Source: Octopus sinensis (lineage: Eukaryota). From it: a stretch of DNA of 64,000 nt. The notes under the pieces are model-generated. The model worked only from the letters and a program-made list of their open reading frames with translations. It was not told the DNA's origin and did no database searches. Both the position numbers and the translations under genes were made by a program. Positions 23,813 through 35,646 of the stretch are shown here, piece after piece. The stretch covers positions 1 through 64,000 of the forward strand of contig NW_021832868.1 of NCBI RefSeq assembly GCF_006345805.1, given 5' to 3'. Position 1 is the stretch's first letter; every line of letters starts with the position of its first letter.

Positions 23813-26800
23813 GGAAGGAAAATTTTTATTTTAAATAATTAGTTAGAGAGGCTGTTAGTGAGGTAACATAAGGAGACCTTCGGCATTCCTGCCTTTTCGG
23901 TCCAGCACACACGCTCGCCTCTCTACACAACCACAGGTTAGGACTTACCGTCTTACCTGCCACCCAGTCATTATCTTCTCTAGGACCTCAGGGAGGCCTT
24001 TGAGGGACAATTCCTGGGCGTTGGAGAGCTCATCATGCCATCCTAAGCCATAGGCTAGCCGGATGGCTCGTCTTCTTACTTTCTTAAGCGCGTCAACGTA
24101 CTTCTCCCTGTCCTCGCAGAAGTGCCAAGCGTGCACGCCATAGGTTAACACGGGTAACACCATGGCGTTGAACACACGGAACCAGGCACCTCTCCTCAAG
24201 TGGAAAGCACGCAACGCGCCTAATCGCTGCATTGCACGCATTTTGGTACGTGCAATGTGATCATCGAACTTACCTGACTGCTTGAAGACCACGCCCAAGT
24301 AAGTCGTCCGATCAACTACAGCGATCGCTGACCCGTCCAGCGATAACCTAGGGATAAAATTAGTGTAACCCCTCGTCCTTTTACAGACTTTAAGGACACT
24401 GCACTTGTCCGCACACATCTTTAGACCCCTACTCCCACACCAGTTTACAAGTTCATCCACAGCAACCTGTAGCCTACGACACGCACACTCTGGTTTCATC
24501 GACTGATCCCAGAGGATAATGTCGTCTGCATAGATCACCATTTCAGTACGAGCATTGACTGGCATAGGCGCAGAGGCCATAAAGATATTAAATAGTGTGG
24601 GACTCAGCACAGAACCCTGAGGGACCCCGCGAAGGACTGTTGCGACTTTAGAAAAGACCCCCTGATGTCGCACGACCTGACCGCGAGATTCGAGGAACCC
24701 CGACAGCCAGCGCCTTAGACATGGAGAAACCCCACACGTGGCGAGGGAACTCCGCAGGCCGTCGTGCCACACCGAGTCGAAGGCCTTTTCTATGTCAAGA
24801 CTAACTAACATACCAAACTCACTTTTCTGGAGGGCGTTCTTCATTTCGGAAGACACCTTCCACAAGCAGTCTCCACATGAACGACCGTCCCTGAAGCCCC
24901 ATTGGAACTCCGGGAGGGCGACAGCCACCATCAGCTCCTCCAGGAGCCTTTGGTGCATGATCCTTTCTAGGATTTTAGATATAGCGGGAAGCAAGGAAAT
25001 GGGCCTATATCCCCCGGGGACATCATGAGGCTTCTCAGGTTTTCCAATGAGGATTACCTCAGCCACTTTCCACCTGGAAGGAATCATCCCAAGTCGCAAG
25101 CTCCCGCTAAACAAAACCTGTAAGGCTGTGATCAACAACGGCGGGGCCTTTTTGAAGATGGACATAGGGATCCGATCTAGCCCCGCCGCGGTGTTCTTAC
25201 TTCGGGAGATCGCTGCCAGGATCTCCCTTTCGGAAACTTCGCCTGCATCGACCCTTGATATGTCCAGCTGGCAGCGCTTGTCCCAAGACAATACCTCCTG
25301 GATAGTAACAAAAGACGACGTCTCTACGAACTGACTTCCGTCAGTTCCCGAGATGTTGTTGAGGTGGGTTGAAAATATATCAGCCACCTCAACCGGGTCC
25401 GAGGCGAGGGTTCCATCAGAGCGCTTAAGGCGCACTGACTTTGCCTCCCCTCTCCCCGACAGGCTCTTCAGTTGTTTCCAGAAGTCCGGAAAGCGCGGGT
25501 CCACTCTTTGGCAGGCCCGCTCCCACCGTGAACTTTCGTGTTCACGGATTTCCCTCCGGATCTCCCTCTGAAGCCGGCTGATCCAGCCGCGAAACCAGAC
25601 ACGGTTCTCCTGGTAGACGCATTTGTCCCGCAGTCTGGACAGCCGGCGCTTGAATCTAATTTTATTTAGCACCCGGTACGGGAGCGTGGAATGTGCCTGG
25701 CCCTGTACTGGGTTCTGTTTGAAATTATCTCGCATATAATCAGACAGGGCAGCATTGATTCCATTATCTAACGCCTCCAACTCTCGTATGTTGGCGCAGG
25801 TATTCCCCACCAGGAGTGAGGGCAACCTGCTGGCCATGAACCTCTCCAGGTTGGCCCAGGAACCGGACCGGAGGTCAAAGTATCCTGGGGCCCTTTGAGG
25901 AACTGGCTCACGGAGTTCGTGCAATAGAGGCAGATGGTCGCTCCCAATATCAGGCAATAAAATTGTGTTACTAACCCAATTTAGCATCCCGGGGCTGACC
26001 AGAGCAAGGCCTAGCCAGTCTTGTCCTCCCCGCGAATCGATGTGATTTGGCTCGCTTGAAGATCTGATTTCCAACCCGAGGTCTTCAACCAGCGTCTTTA
26101 GAGCCAAACCATGCGCGTTGGTTACCCTGAAACCGAGCTCATGGTGCTTGGCATTCAGGTCCCCAACGACCATCGCCTTCGGATGCTTTCCAAAGAACTC
26201 CCGTACGTGCCAAGAACACGCCGTAAAGTTCTTCGAATACATCGCCCCTAGGTAAAAAGTTAAATTACCTATGCGAATCCTCACTTGGAGGAATTCACAT
26301 AGGCTACAAGAACATATACCTGAGCTCCGGAGAGCAAGGTACGGCTTGTAGAAGAGGCTAGTTCCAGTGCCACATGTTGACCCCTGTTTCCAGGGTATGT
26401 GACAGCAGTTGTAGACATCAACTACGTACCGATCCTGCTTTAACTTTGTTTCGTTGACCACCAGGATGTCCGCACTAGTGGTGGCCAACATCCTCCGAAT
26501 CGGGTCTCCTTTGCCTGACAAGGAGCGCGCGTTCACCGATATGATGTTGAGCATCATATCGGCTCTTCGCCAAGGATCTTCTTGGCCTCGGCATAGTTGC
26601 GGCGTAGCATATCCGCTACGCTGCACTTCATCTCCCTACAAAGTGTTATCAGGCGTATACATAACTCCACCGCAGGACTAACACTGTCCTGCGGCTCACG
26701 CTCGCAAGGGGGTGAGTGCAATGGCATCTCCACGTATGGAGGAAGCCTTTTCGCCCCCAGGTTTTGCTGGGCGGTGTCACCTGTAGCCGACTCGGAGGGC

Positions 26801-27192
26801 ATCGCAGGCTTCGGCATCCGAGCTGACTCGGATGCTTCCACCCGCTTTGCCGGCTTTGTCGGCGACGGCGGAACCGACCCGCTAGCAATGTGGCTCGCAG
26901 GCTTCGCCACCCAAGCGGACTTGGGAGGTTTGGCCTGCTTTGCCTGTTTGCCAGGTTGTGGAGCGGGGGCCGCGACGCTGGGGGTGCGGTGGCTTGCAGG
27001 CATCACAGGCTTCGCCACGCAAGCGGACTTGGGAGGTTTGGCCTGCTTTGCTTGTTTGCCAGGTTTTGGCGCTGGGGCCGCGACGCTAGGGGTGCGGTGG
27101 CTTGCAGGCTTCACAGGCCTCGCCACCCAAGCGGACTTGGGAGGTTTGGCCTGCTTTACCTGTTTGCCGGTTGGTTGCGCGGGGGCCGCGAC
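23813..27192 (-). mobile_element. Family A1 LINE, 5'-truncated inside ORF1
   Basis: ORF1 C-terminus with 36-aa repeats, complete ORF2, 3' UTR ending AATAAAAATTTTCC plus a short tail. Confidence 0.95.
23945..26557 (-). CDS. A1 ORF2, APE endonuclease plus reverse transcriptase (intact frame)
   Basis: MMLNIISVNARS, VVNET, GDLNAKH, GSDHLP, YRPISLL, LDIEKAFDSV, GVPQGS, YADD, YLGV. Confidence 0.93.
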   Translation of the reverse strand: MMLNIISVNARSLSGKGDPIRRMLATTSADILVVNETKLKQDRYVVDVYNCCHIPWKQGSTCGTGTSLFYKPYLALRSSGICSCSLCEFLQVRIRIGNLTFYLGAMYSKNFTACSWHVREFFGKHPKAMVVGDLNAKHHELGFRVTNAHGLALKTLVEDLGLEIRSSSEPNHIDSRGGQDWLGLALVSPGMLNWVSNTILLPDIGSDHLPLLHELREPVPQRAPGYFDLRSGSWANLERFMASRLPSLLVGNTCANIRELEALDNGINAALSDYMRDNFKQNPVQGQAHSTLPYRVLNKIRFKRRLSRLRDKCVYQENRVWFRGWISRLQREIRREIREHESSRWERACQRVDPRFPDFWKQLKSLSGRGEAKSVRLKRSDGTLASDPVEVADIFSTHLNNISGTDGSQFVETSSFVTIQEVLSWDKRCQLDISRVDAGEVSEREILAAISRSKNTAAGLDRIPMSIFKKAPPLLITALQVLFSGSLRLGMIPSRWKVAEVILIGKPEKPHDVPGGYRPISLLPAISKILERIMHQRLLEELMVAVALPEFQWGFRDGRSCGDCLWKVSSEMKNALQKSEFGMLVSLDIEKAFDSVWHDGLRSSLATCGVSPCLRRWLSGFLESRGQVVRHQGVFSKVATVLRGVPQGSVLSPTLFNIFMASAPMPVNARTEMVIYADDIILWDQSMKPECACRRLQVAVDELVNWCGSRGLKMCADKCSVLKVCKRTRGYTNFIPRLSLDGSAIAVVDRTTYLGVVFKQSGKFDDHIARTKMRAMQRLGALRAFHLRRGAWFRVFNAMVLPVLTYGVHAWHFCEDREKYVDALKKVRRRAIRLAYGLGWHDELSNAQELSLKGLPEVLEKIMTGWQVRR

Positions 27193-27317
27193 AGATGAAT
27201 TGGACGCAAGCTCAGAAGAGTTCAGTTGCCTTTGCATCAGTCTCGTCCTATCACCGTCCTTAATTCCTGTCACTTTCTCTTTCTCTGTTAATTACAATAA
27301 ACTTCATTCATTCATTC
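27193..27317 (+). mobile_element. Family C (B-related) LINE 3' end with (TTCA)n tail, 30 nt upstream of the H3 ATG
   Basis: Shares GGACG, GAAGAG.TC, GTCTCGTC and TTACAATAAA with the B 3' UTR; ends TTCATTCATTCATTC. Confidence 0.75.
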
Positions 27318-27347
27318 CTGAAACTGTTTTGTCTGAAATAAAAAAAT

Positions 27348-27758
27348 ATGGCTAGAACAAAACAAACGGCTCGAAAATCTACTGGTGCAAAAGTACCAAG
27401 GAAACAGTTGTCTGCAAAATCTGCTCTCAAGTCTGTTTCACAATTTGGAGGAGTAAAGAAACCTCATCGATTTCGACCTGGAGTTGTTGCAATGCGAGAA
27501 ATTAGACGATATCAAAAGAGCACTGATTTGTTACTACGAAAACTTCCATTCCAGAGACTCGTGAGAGAAACCGCTCAGTTTATCAAAACTGATTTGCGTT
27601 TTCAATCGTCAGCGATTGTCGCTCTCCAAAAAGCGGCAGAGAGTTACCTAGTTGGAATTTTTGAAGACAGTAATTTGTGCGCAATTCACGGAAAAAAAGT
27701 AACTATAATGCCAAACGATATGCATTTATCGAGAAGAATTCGAGGTGAAAAAACATAA
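27348..27758 (+). CDS. H3: Histone H3 (divergent, full-length)
   Basis: [58 protein letters not shown]; 136 aa. Confidence 0.96.
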   Translation: MARTKQTARKSTGAKVPRKQLSAKSALKSVSQFGGVKKPHRFRPGVVAMREIRRYQKSTDLLLRKLPFQRLVRETAQFIKTDLRFQSSAIVALQKAAESYLVGIFEDSNLCAIHGKKVTIMPNDMHLSRRIRGEKT

Positions 27759-27989
27759 CTTGTTTTTTTAAATAAAAAAATGATTTATTGTTTGTATAAC
27801 TCTGAGACAATTTTTAAATTTTTTGTTGAAGTTTGTAGAAAATGTAATGTTGCACCTCGTTTAGATAAAAAGAAGATACTAGTTGTGTATTTTAGAAAAA
27901 ATATAATTAAAAATTGTTCAATTCGGATTTGTTGGATAATTAATAAATAGTAGGAAAACAAACAAAAACCTATAACCATGAACAAGCTA

Positions 27990-29037
27990 CAGTGAACAAA
28001 AATAAAAACTGGACATGCTACAGTGAACAAAAATAAAATTAAAGAAGCTTGAAAAGTGGATGCCAATTTCAACTGTTTTAAATTTACCAAAACATTTACA
28101 AAAAAGGGAAATCAGTAACAGCTCAAACAATAAGAAATACCACGAAAAAATTGGTCTGAATGCATATCCACCCACGAAAAGACCACTTTTTACTAAAAAC
28201 CCTAAACTTCAATGATTAAAGCTATGCCAAACATGCAATATGCTCTCGAAATATTTTGGGAGCGAGTTATTTTAAGTGATGAAAGTAAATTTAATATGTA
28301 AAATAGTGATGTAAGAACTTTAGTATCGAGAAATCGCAAGGAAAAATATTTAACAAACAATCTTACAAAAACAGTAAAATTCGGTAAAGGAACTATCATG
28401 AACTATCATGCCATAATCAATATTGGATTTATTAATTTGGTTTTGATAAAAGAGAAGATTGGTGGAGCTTTGCATGTTAACATATTAACGAATAATATGA
28501 TCTCATTTCTGAACAAAATCAAACATAAAGATCCTAGTTTCCAACAAGACAATGATCTGAAACATACTTCGGCAATAGCAAAGAGCTTTTTTTCAAGTAA
28601 ATAATATCGAATTACTACTATGGCCAACACAAAGCCCAGATTTAAACCCTATAGATAATGTTTGGGCCTTTATTAAAGAAAAAATCAAAAGAAGAGAATT
28701 TTTGAAAAAAGAACATTTATTTGCAAAAATATCATCCATTTGGAATTAACTCAAAATAGAATACGCAAAAAGTCTTATTAATAGCATGCCAGGCCGAACA
28801 CTAGATGTAATTAGAGCTAATGGAGGATATAATGGATATTAAATAAATTTGTTCATTTTTTTGGGTTCTGAATTATCAATGAATGGAAAACCGTATAAAT
28901 ATAATATTTTTTAGACAAACTAAAAAATAAAGCAAAACTTTATTTAATGTTTTAAATCGATAGAAGTTATTTTTTAAATATTGTTTCATAGTAAATTCAT
29001 GAGAAAATGCCTTTTCAATTTTTATTTTTGTTCACTG
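27990..29037 (+). mobile_element. Tc1-like copy with internal deletion
   Basis: Both TIRs present; jumps from the left TIR to internal sequence equivalent to about 18887; otherwise near-identical to 18890-19888. Confidence 0.9.
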
Positions 29038-29287
29038 TATATATTTACTATTTTTTGGGATAATTTAGCTTAAGTAAATAAATTATATTGGACTAAAAAA
29101 TATTTTGCCAATGATAGAATAACACAGTATTGCGATATTTTATTTATAATTACTTCTAAACGTTTATTCGTTAATTGTGTTTGAAATTATTTTGAAATTC
29201 TTTAAAAAAACTTAACTGGTTGATCTATTGTATTTCGAAAACAATATTACAAAATAACAGCGCATTATTCAAATAATTAATTTAAAG

Positions 29288-29647
29288 TTAAGAAGTTGGT
29301 TTAGGAGTTTCTGCAGTTTTGCGAATCATAAATCCACCAGATGAAATAATAGCTTTCTGAGTTAATTCTTTTAATTCGTCGTCATTTCCAATTGCAACGA
29401 CAATGTGACGTGGTTTAATTCTTCTTTTTCCACATTTTACTGCTGTATTTCCAGCAAGTTCAAGCATTTCAGCCACAGCATATTCCAATACTGCGCACAT
29501 ATATACTGCGGCAGGAATTCCTACTCGCATTCGGGTTTCATGACGGAGACACCGGTGAATGCGTCCAACTGGAAACTGTAACCCGGCCCGAACGGATTTG
29601 CTTTTAGCCTTTGACCGTACTTTTCCTCCTTTTCCTCTTGAAGACAT
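29288..29647 (-). CDS. H2A: Histone H2A
   Basis: Intact, near-identical to 20253-20612; true ATG at 29645-29647. Confidence 0.95.
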   Translation of the reverse strand: MSSRGKGGKVRSKAKSKSVRAGLQFPVGRIHRCLRHETRMRVGIPAAVYMCAVLEYAVAEMLELAGNTAVKCGKRRIKPRHIVVAIGNDDELKELTQKAIISSGGFMIRKTAETPKPTS

Positions 29648-29657
29648 TATACTCTGC

Positions 29658-32600
29658 GGAAAAAACATTATTAGTTAAGGGAGTTAAAAACTAACTAAGT
29701 AGACCTTCGGCATCGCTGCCTTTTCAGTCTCCATCTCACACACGCCTCCCTACACACAACCACAGGTTAAGACTTACCGCCTTACCTGCCATCCAGAAAT
29801 AATCTTCTCTAGGACCTCAGAGAGGCCTTTGAGAGATGATTCCTGGGCGTCGGAGAGCTCAGTCCGGAATCCTAAGCCATAGGCTAGCCTTATGGCTCGT
29901 CTTCTTACTTTTTTAAGCACGTCAACATGCTTATCCCTGTCCTCATAGAGGTACCAAGCGTGGACGCCATAGGTCAAGACGGGTAACACCATGGCGTTAA
30001 ACACGCGGAACCAGGCACCTCTGCTCAAGCGGAAAGCACGCAACGCACCTAATCGCTGCATTGCACGCATTTTCGTACGTGCAATGTGATCATCAAACTT
30101 ACCGGACGGCTTAAAGAGCACGCCCAAATAAGTCATCCGATCAACTGCAGCGATTGCTGACCCGCTCAGCAATAACCTAGGAACAAAATTAGTGTAACCC
30201 CTCGTCCTTTTACAGACTTTAAGGACACTGCACTTGTCCGCGCACATTCTCAGACCCCTACTCCCACACCAGTTTGCAAGTCCATCCACAGCAACCTGAA
30301 GCCTACGACACGCACACTCGGTTTCATTGAGTGATCCCAGAGGATAATGTCGTCTGCATAGATTACCATTTCAGTACGAGCATTGACTGGCATAGGCGCA
30401 GTGGCCATAAACACATTGAATAGTGTCGGACTGAGCACAGAGCCCTGAGGGACCCCGCGAAGGACTGTTGCGACTTTAGAAAAGACCCCCTGATGCCGCA
30501 CGACCTGCCTGCGAGATTCAAGAAACCCCGACAGCCAGCGCCTTAGACACGGAGAAACCCCACACGTGGCAAGGGAACTCCGGAGGCCGTCGTGCCACAC
30601 CGAGTCGAAGGCCTTTTCAATGTCGAGACTAACTAAAATACCGCATTCCCTTTTCTGGAGGGCGTTCTTCATACCAGACGACACCTTGTGAAGGCAGTCC
30701 CCGCATGAGCGGCCCTCCCTGAAGCCCCATTGGAACTCAGGGAGGGCGTCTGCAACCATCAGCTCCTCCAGGAGCCTTTGGTGCATAATTCTTTCTAGGA
30801 TTTTAGATATTGCGGGGAGCAAGGAAATGGGCCTATATCCCCCGGGGACATCATGTGGCTTCCCGGGCTTTCCGATAAGGATTACCTCAGCCACTTTCCA
30901 CCTGGAGGGAATCATCCCAAGTCGCAAGCTCCCGTTAAATAAAACCTTTAGTGCAGTGATTAACCGCGGCGGGGCCTTCTTAAAGATGGCCATCGGGATC
31001 CGATCCAAACCCGCCGCGGTGTTCTTACTTCGGGAGATTGCTGCCAGAATCTCCGCTTCAGTAATTTCGCCTGCATCGTTCCTTGATATGCCCAGCTGGC
31101 AGCGCTTGTCCCACGACAATATCTGCTGGACAGTATCAAAGGACGATGTCTCTACGAACTGACCTCCGTCAGTTCCCGAGATGCCATTGAGATGGGCTGA
31201 AAGTATTTCAACCACCTCAACCGGGTCCGAAGCGAGGTTTCCATCAGAGCGTTTAAGGCGCACTGACTTAGCCCCCCTTCTCCCCGACAGGCTCTTCAAC
31301 TGCTTCCAGAAGTCCGGAAAGCGAGGGTCCACCCTTCGGCAGGCCCTCTCCCACCGCGAACTTTCGAGTTCGCGGATTTCTCTTCGGATCTCCCTCTGAA
31401 GCCGGCTAATCCAGCCACGAAACCAAACACGGTTCTCCTCGTAAATGCATTTGTCCCGTAGTCTGGATAGCCGGCGCTTGAACCTAATTTTATTTAAGAT
31501 CCGGTGAGGGAGCGTGGAATGTGACTGACCCTGCACTGAGTTCTGTTTGAAATTATCTCGCATGTAATCAGTCAGGGCAGCATTGATTCCATTATCAAGC
31601 GCCTCCAACTCACGTATGTTGGCGCAGGTATTCCCCACCAGAAGTGAGGGCAACCTGCTGGCCATGAAACTCTCCAGGTTAGCCCAGGAACCCACCCGGA
31701 GGTCAAAGTATCCTGGGACCCTTTGAGGAACTGGCTCACGGAGTTCGTGCAATAGAGGCAGATGGTCGCTCCCAATATCGGGCAATAAAATAGTTTTACT
31801 AACCCAATTTAGAAGACCGGGACTGACCAGAGCAAGCCCTAGCCAGTCACGTCCTCCCCTCGCGTCGACGTGGTTTGGCTCGCTCGAAGTCCGGATTTCC
31901 AGCCCGAGGTCTTCAACCAGCGTCTTCAGAGCCAAACCATGCGAGTTGGTTACCCTGAAACCAAGATCTTGATGCTTGGCATTCAGGTCCCCAACAACCA
32001 TGGCCTTCGGATGCTTTTCAAAGAACTCCCGTACGTGCCAGGAGCACGCCGTAAAGTTCTTCGAGTACATCCCACCTAGGTAAAATGTTAACTCGCCTAT
32101 GCGAATTCTCACTTGGAGGAATTCACACAAGCTACATGAACATATACCTGGACTCTGCAAGGCAAGGTAGGGCTTGTAGAAGAGGCTAGTTCCTGTGCCA
32201 CATATTGACCCCTGTTTCCAGGGTATGTGACGACAGTTGTAGCCATCAACTACGTACGGACCCCCCTTTACCTTCGTTTCGTTGACCACCAGAATGTCCG
32301 CACTCGTGGTGGCCAACATCCTCTGAACGGCGTCCCTTTTTCCTTCCAAGGAACGCGCGTTCACCGATATGATGTTGAGCATCATATCGGTTCTTCGCCA
32401 AGGATCTTCTTGGCCTCGGCAACGTTGCAGTGTAGCATTTCCTCTACACTGCAATTCATCTCCCTACAAAATTTTAATAGGGAAACGCATAATTGCACCG
32501 CAGGACTAATACTGTCCTGCGGTACACGCTCGCCAGGGGCTGAGTGCAATGGCATCTCCACGTATGGAGGACGCCTTTTCAGCCCCAGGTTGTGCCGGAC

Positions 32601-34221
32601 GGCGCCGCCGTTAGCCGCCTCAGAAGGCATTGCCGGCTTAGGCAACCAAGCGGACTCGGAAGCTTTCACCTGCTTTGCCAACTTTGTCGGCGAAGGCTGC
32701 ACCGACCCACACGTAGCATGGCTCACAGGTTCCACTGTCTTCGCCACCCAAACGGATTTGGAAGGTTTGGCCAGTATCGCCTGCTTGCCAGGTTTTGGCG
32801 CAGGGTGCGCGACGCGACGCGGGCGACTTACTGTTGGGATTACATCCCCACCTACCTTTCGGGTTGCCTCCTTGAACTTGGGGCAACCTCTGAAGTTGGC
32901 AGTGTGTCCCAACTTACCACAGTTGACACACTGCCTCTCCTTGGATGGTGAGGGGCACGTCTTGCGACCATGCTCCCCACCGCAAATAAGGCACTTCGCC
33001 TTATCCGGGCACTTTGTGGAGATGTGCCCGAACCCCTGACACCGAAAGCATTGGGTGGCTTTCGGGCGGGGCCAGGCAGCTCTCATCCTAATGTAGCCGA
33101 TCCTAGTACCCAGAAGTACTAGGCGCTCGGCTTCCGCAGGAGATCCCAGGATGACCTCCACCACTTCAAGAGGGCGGTTACCCTGCTTGAAGCGTGCAAG
33201 GGCAGAGGCACTGGGGTACTCCCGCTGTATGTGTCCTAAAAGGTCATTATCCTCGAAGTCCCGGGGGACCCCGAGGAGCAGGACTCTTACCTGCCTTACC
33301 TTTTGTTCAATCCTGACAAGCCGATGCATGCCAGGACCGAACGGGCTGGACTTCTCCAGCTCTCCTTTAAAGCTGAAGAAGTCCTCCTCCTTCTCCCACC
33401 CAAGCAGGAATTGGGTGGGCTCCCTCTTCAGGACTCTATACAGCTTTGAAGGCTGGATAGAGTCTAACGTACCTAAGATCTTTATGACCGAGGCCTTCCC
33501 ACTTGTAGGGAGGACCTCAAGTCGTGCCACAGCACCGAAGGTAATTCTGCCCCCGGCGCCAGTGGTCTTCTTTGGGTGTGCATCCACCTGATCGGACACA
33601 CACCCAGTACCTAAAACATTAGGGGGGGTTGGACGGCCAGCCGCACGTTTGGGTTTCCCCACCGTGTACCAACCGTCCTCAAGGGCAACCTTATTTCCTG
33701 CCGTACCCACCGGACGGCCTCAGGAGACGACACCCTGTTGGCATTAATTGACTTACCTAGGCTGGGTTTGGCACCACTAGACAAACCGCAAACACGTGGC
33801 GAACCAGCATGCTGTGCGGTTGTCGTGGCTACCAAACAATTAGTACCTGTTGCAGCTGCTGCTCCCCCGACACCAGCCAAAGGGGCAGCAGAGGAGAAGA
33901 GTCTTCAGTGAGTGCTGAACCCATCTGGGAGGGTCCAGGCTTCGACCTCCTGCTTTGACCTAAAGAATTAAAAACACCACTAGAATAGCCGGAAGCACGT
34001 GGCGGTGAACCACGGCTCCGGCAGTTCATCGTAGTGGCACACTGAACCGTCTTGTCCTCCGGGGAGTGCGAAGCGGGAACGCCTCCACTTCTGCATAGTC
34101 TTCTTAGTGCAGACAGCTTGCGAGCAGATTTTGCAGACAACTGTTTCCTTGGTACTTTTGCACCAGTAGATTTTCGAGCCGTTTGTTTTGTTCTAGCCAT
34201 ATTTTTTTTTTATTTCAGACA
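29658..34221 (-). mobile_element. Family A2 LINE, full-length, starting with the H3 5' UTR plus codons 1-28; 3' end 10 nt upstream of the H2A ATG
   Basis: ORF1 32382-33710 (three CCHC knuckles), ORF2 to 29774 with one frameshift near 30320, 3' end TAATGTTTTTTCC joined to GCAGAGTATA-ATG. Confidence 0.93.
34117..34200 (-). other. H3: H3 N-terminal tail segment (M-A1..K27) fused to A2 ORF1
   Basis: [28 protein letters not shown], then element sequence LSALRRLCRSGGV. Confidence 0.93.
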
Positions 34222-34225
34222 GGAC

Positions 34226-35038
34226 CTATGCCAAACATGCAATATGCTCTCGAAATATTTTGGGAGCGAGTTATTTTAAGTGATGAAAGTAAATTTAATA
34301 TGTAAAATAGTGATGTAAGAACTTTAGTATCGAGAAATCGCAAGGAAAAATATTTAACAAACAATCTTACAAAAACAGTAAAATTCGGTAAAGGAACTAT
34401 CATGAACTATCATGCCATAATCAATATTGGATTTATTAATTTGGTTTTGATAAAAGAGAAGATTGGTGGAGCTTTGCATGTTAACATATTAACGAATAAT
34501 ATGATCATTTCTGAACAAAATCAAACATAAAGATCCTAGTTTCCAACAAGACAATGATCTGAAACATACTTCGGCAATAGCAAAGAGCTTTTTTTCAAGT
34601 AAATAATATCGAATTACTACTATGGCCAACACAAAGCCCAGATTTAAACCCTATAGATAATGTTTGGGCCTTTATTAAAGAAAAAATCAAAAGAAGAGAT
34701 TTTTGAAAAAAGAACATTTATTTGCAAAAATATCATCCATTTGGAATTAACTCAAAATAGAATACGCAAAAAGTCTTATTAATAGCATGCCAGGCCGAAC
34801 ACTAGATGTAATTAGAGCTAATGGAGGATATAATGGGTATTAAATAAATTTGTTCATTTTTTTGGGTTCTGAATTATCAATGAATGGAAAACCGTATAAA
34901 TATAATATTTTTTAGACAAACTAAAAAATAAAGCAAAACTTTATTTAATGTTTTAAATCGATAGAAGTTATTTTTTAAATATTGTTTCATAGTAAATTCA
35001 TGAGAAAATGCCTTTTCAATTTTTATTTTTGTTCACTG
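34226..35038 (+). mobile_element. Tc1-like 3' part (within a 1.43-kb duplication)
   Basis: Near-identical to 28222-29037; right TIR present. Confidence 0.9.
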
Positions 35039-35287
35039 TATATATTACTATTTTTTGGGATAATTTAGCTTAAGTAAATAAATTATATTGGACTAAAAAA
35101 TATTTTGCCAATGATAGAATAACACAGTATTGCGATATTTTATTTATAATTACTTCTAAACGTTTATTCGTTAATTGTGTTTGAAATTATTTTGAAATTC
35201 TTTAAAAAAACTTAACTGGTTGATCTATTGTATTTCGAAAACAATATTACAAAATAACAGCGCATTATTCAAATAATTAATTTAAAG

Positions 35288-35646
35288 TTAAGAAGTTGGT
35301 TTAGGAGTTTCTGCAGTTTTGCGAATCATAAATCCACCAGATGAAATAATAGCTTTCTGAGTTAATTCTTTTAATTCGTCGTCATTTCCAATTGCAACGA
35401 CAATGTGACGTGGTTTAATTCTTCTTTTTCCACATTTTACTGCTGTATTTCCAGCAAGTTCAAGCATTTCAGCCACAGCATATTCCAATACTGCGCACAT
35501 ATATACTGCGGCAGGAATTCCTACTCGCATTCGGGTTTCATGACGGAGACACGGTGAATGCGTCCAACTGGAAACTGTAACCCGGCCCGAACGGATTTGC
35601 TTTTAGCCTTTGACCGTACTTTTCCTCCTTTTCCTCTTGAAGACAT
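35288..35646 (-). pseudogene. H2A: Histone H2A with a 1-nt deletion (possibly a sequencing error)
   Basis: Matches 29288-29647 except for a missing C near 35550. Confidence 0.88.

Noticed and set aside
26597-27355. Long antisense ORFs (also 41996-42817, 32227-33039, 40137-40733, 21494-22060 and others)
   Set aside because: Shadows of GC-rich retrotransposon ORFs; no independent motifs.
27756-27758. Ciliate-type genetic code suggested by tiny introns and AT richness
   Set aside because: H3, H4 and H2B end at TAA at the expected positions, so TAA is a stop codon.
29648-29668. N-terminal extension MFFPQSI on H2A
   Set aside because: Created by the A2 3' tail; paralogs start at the downstream ATG.
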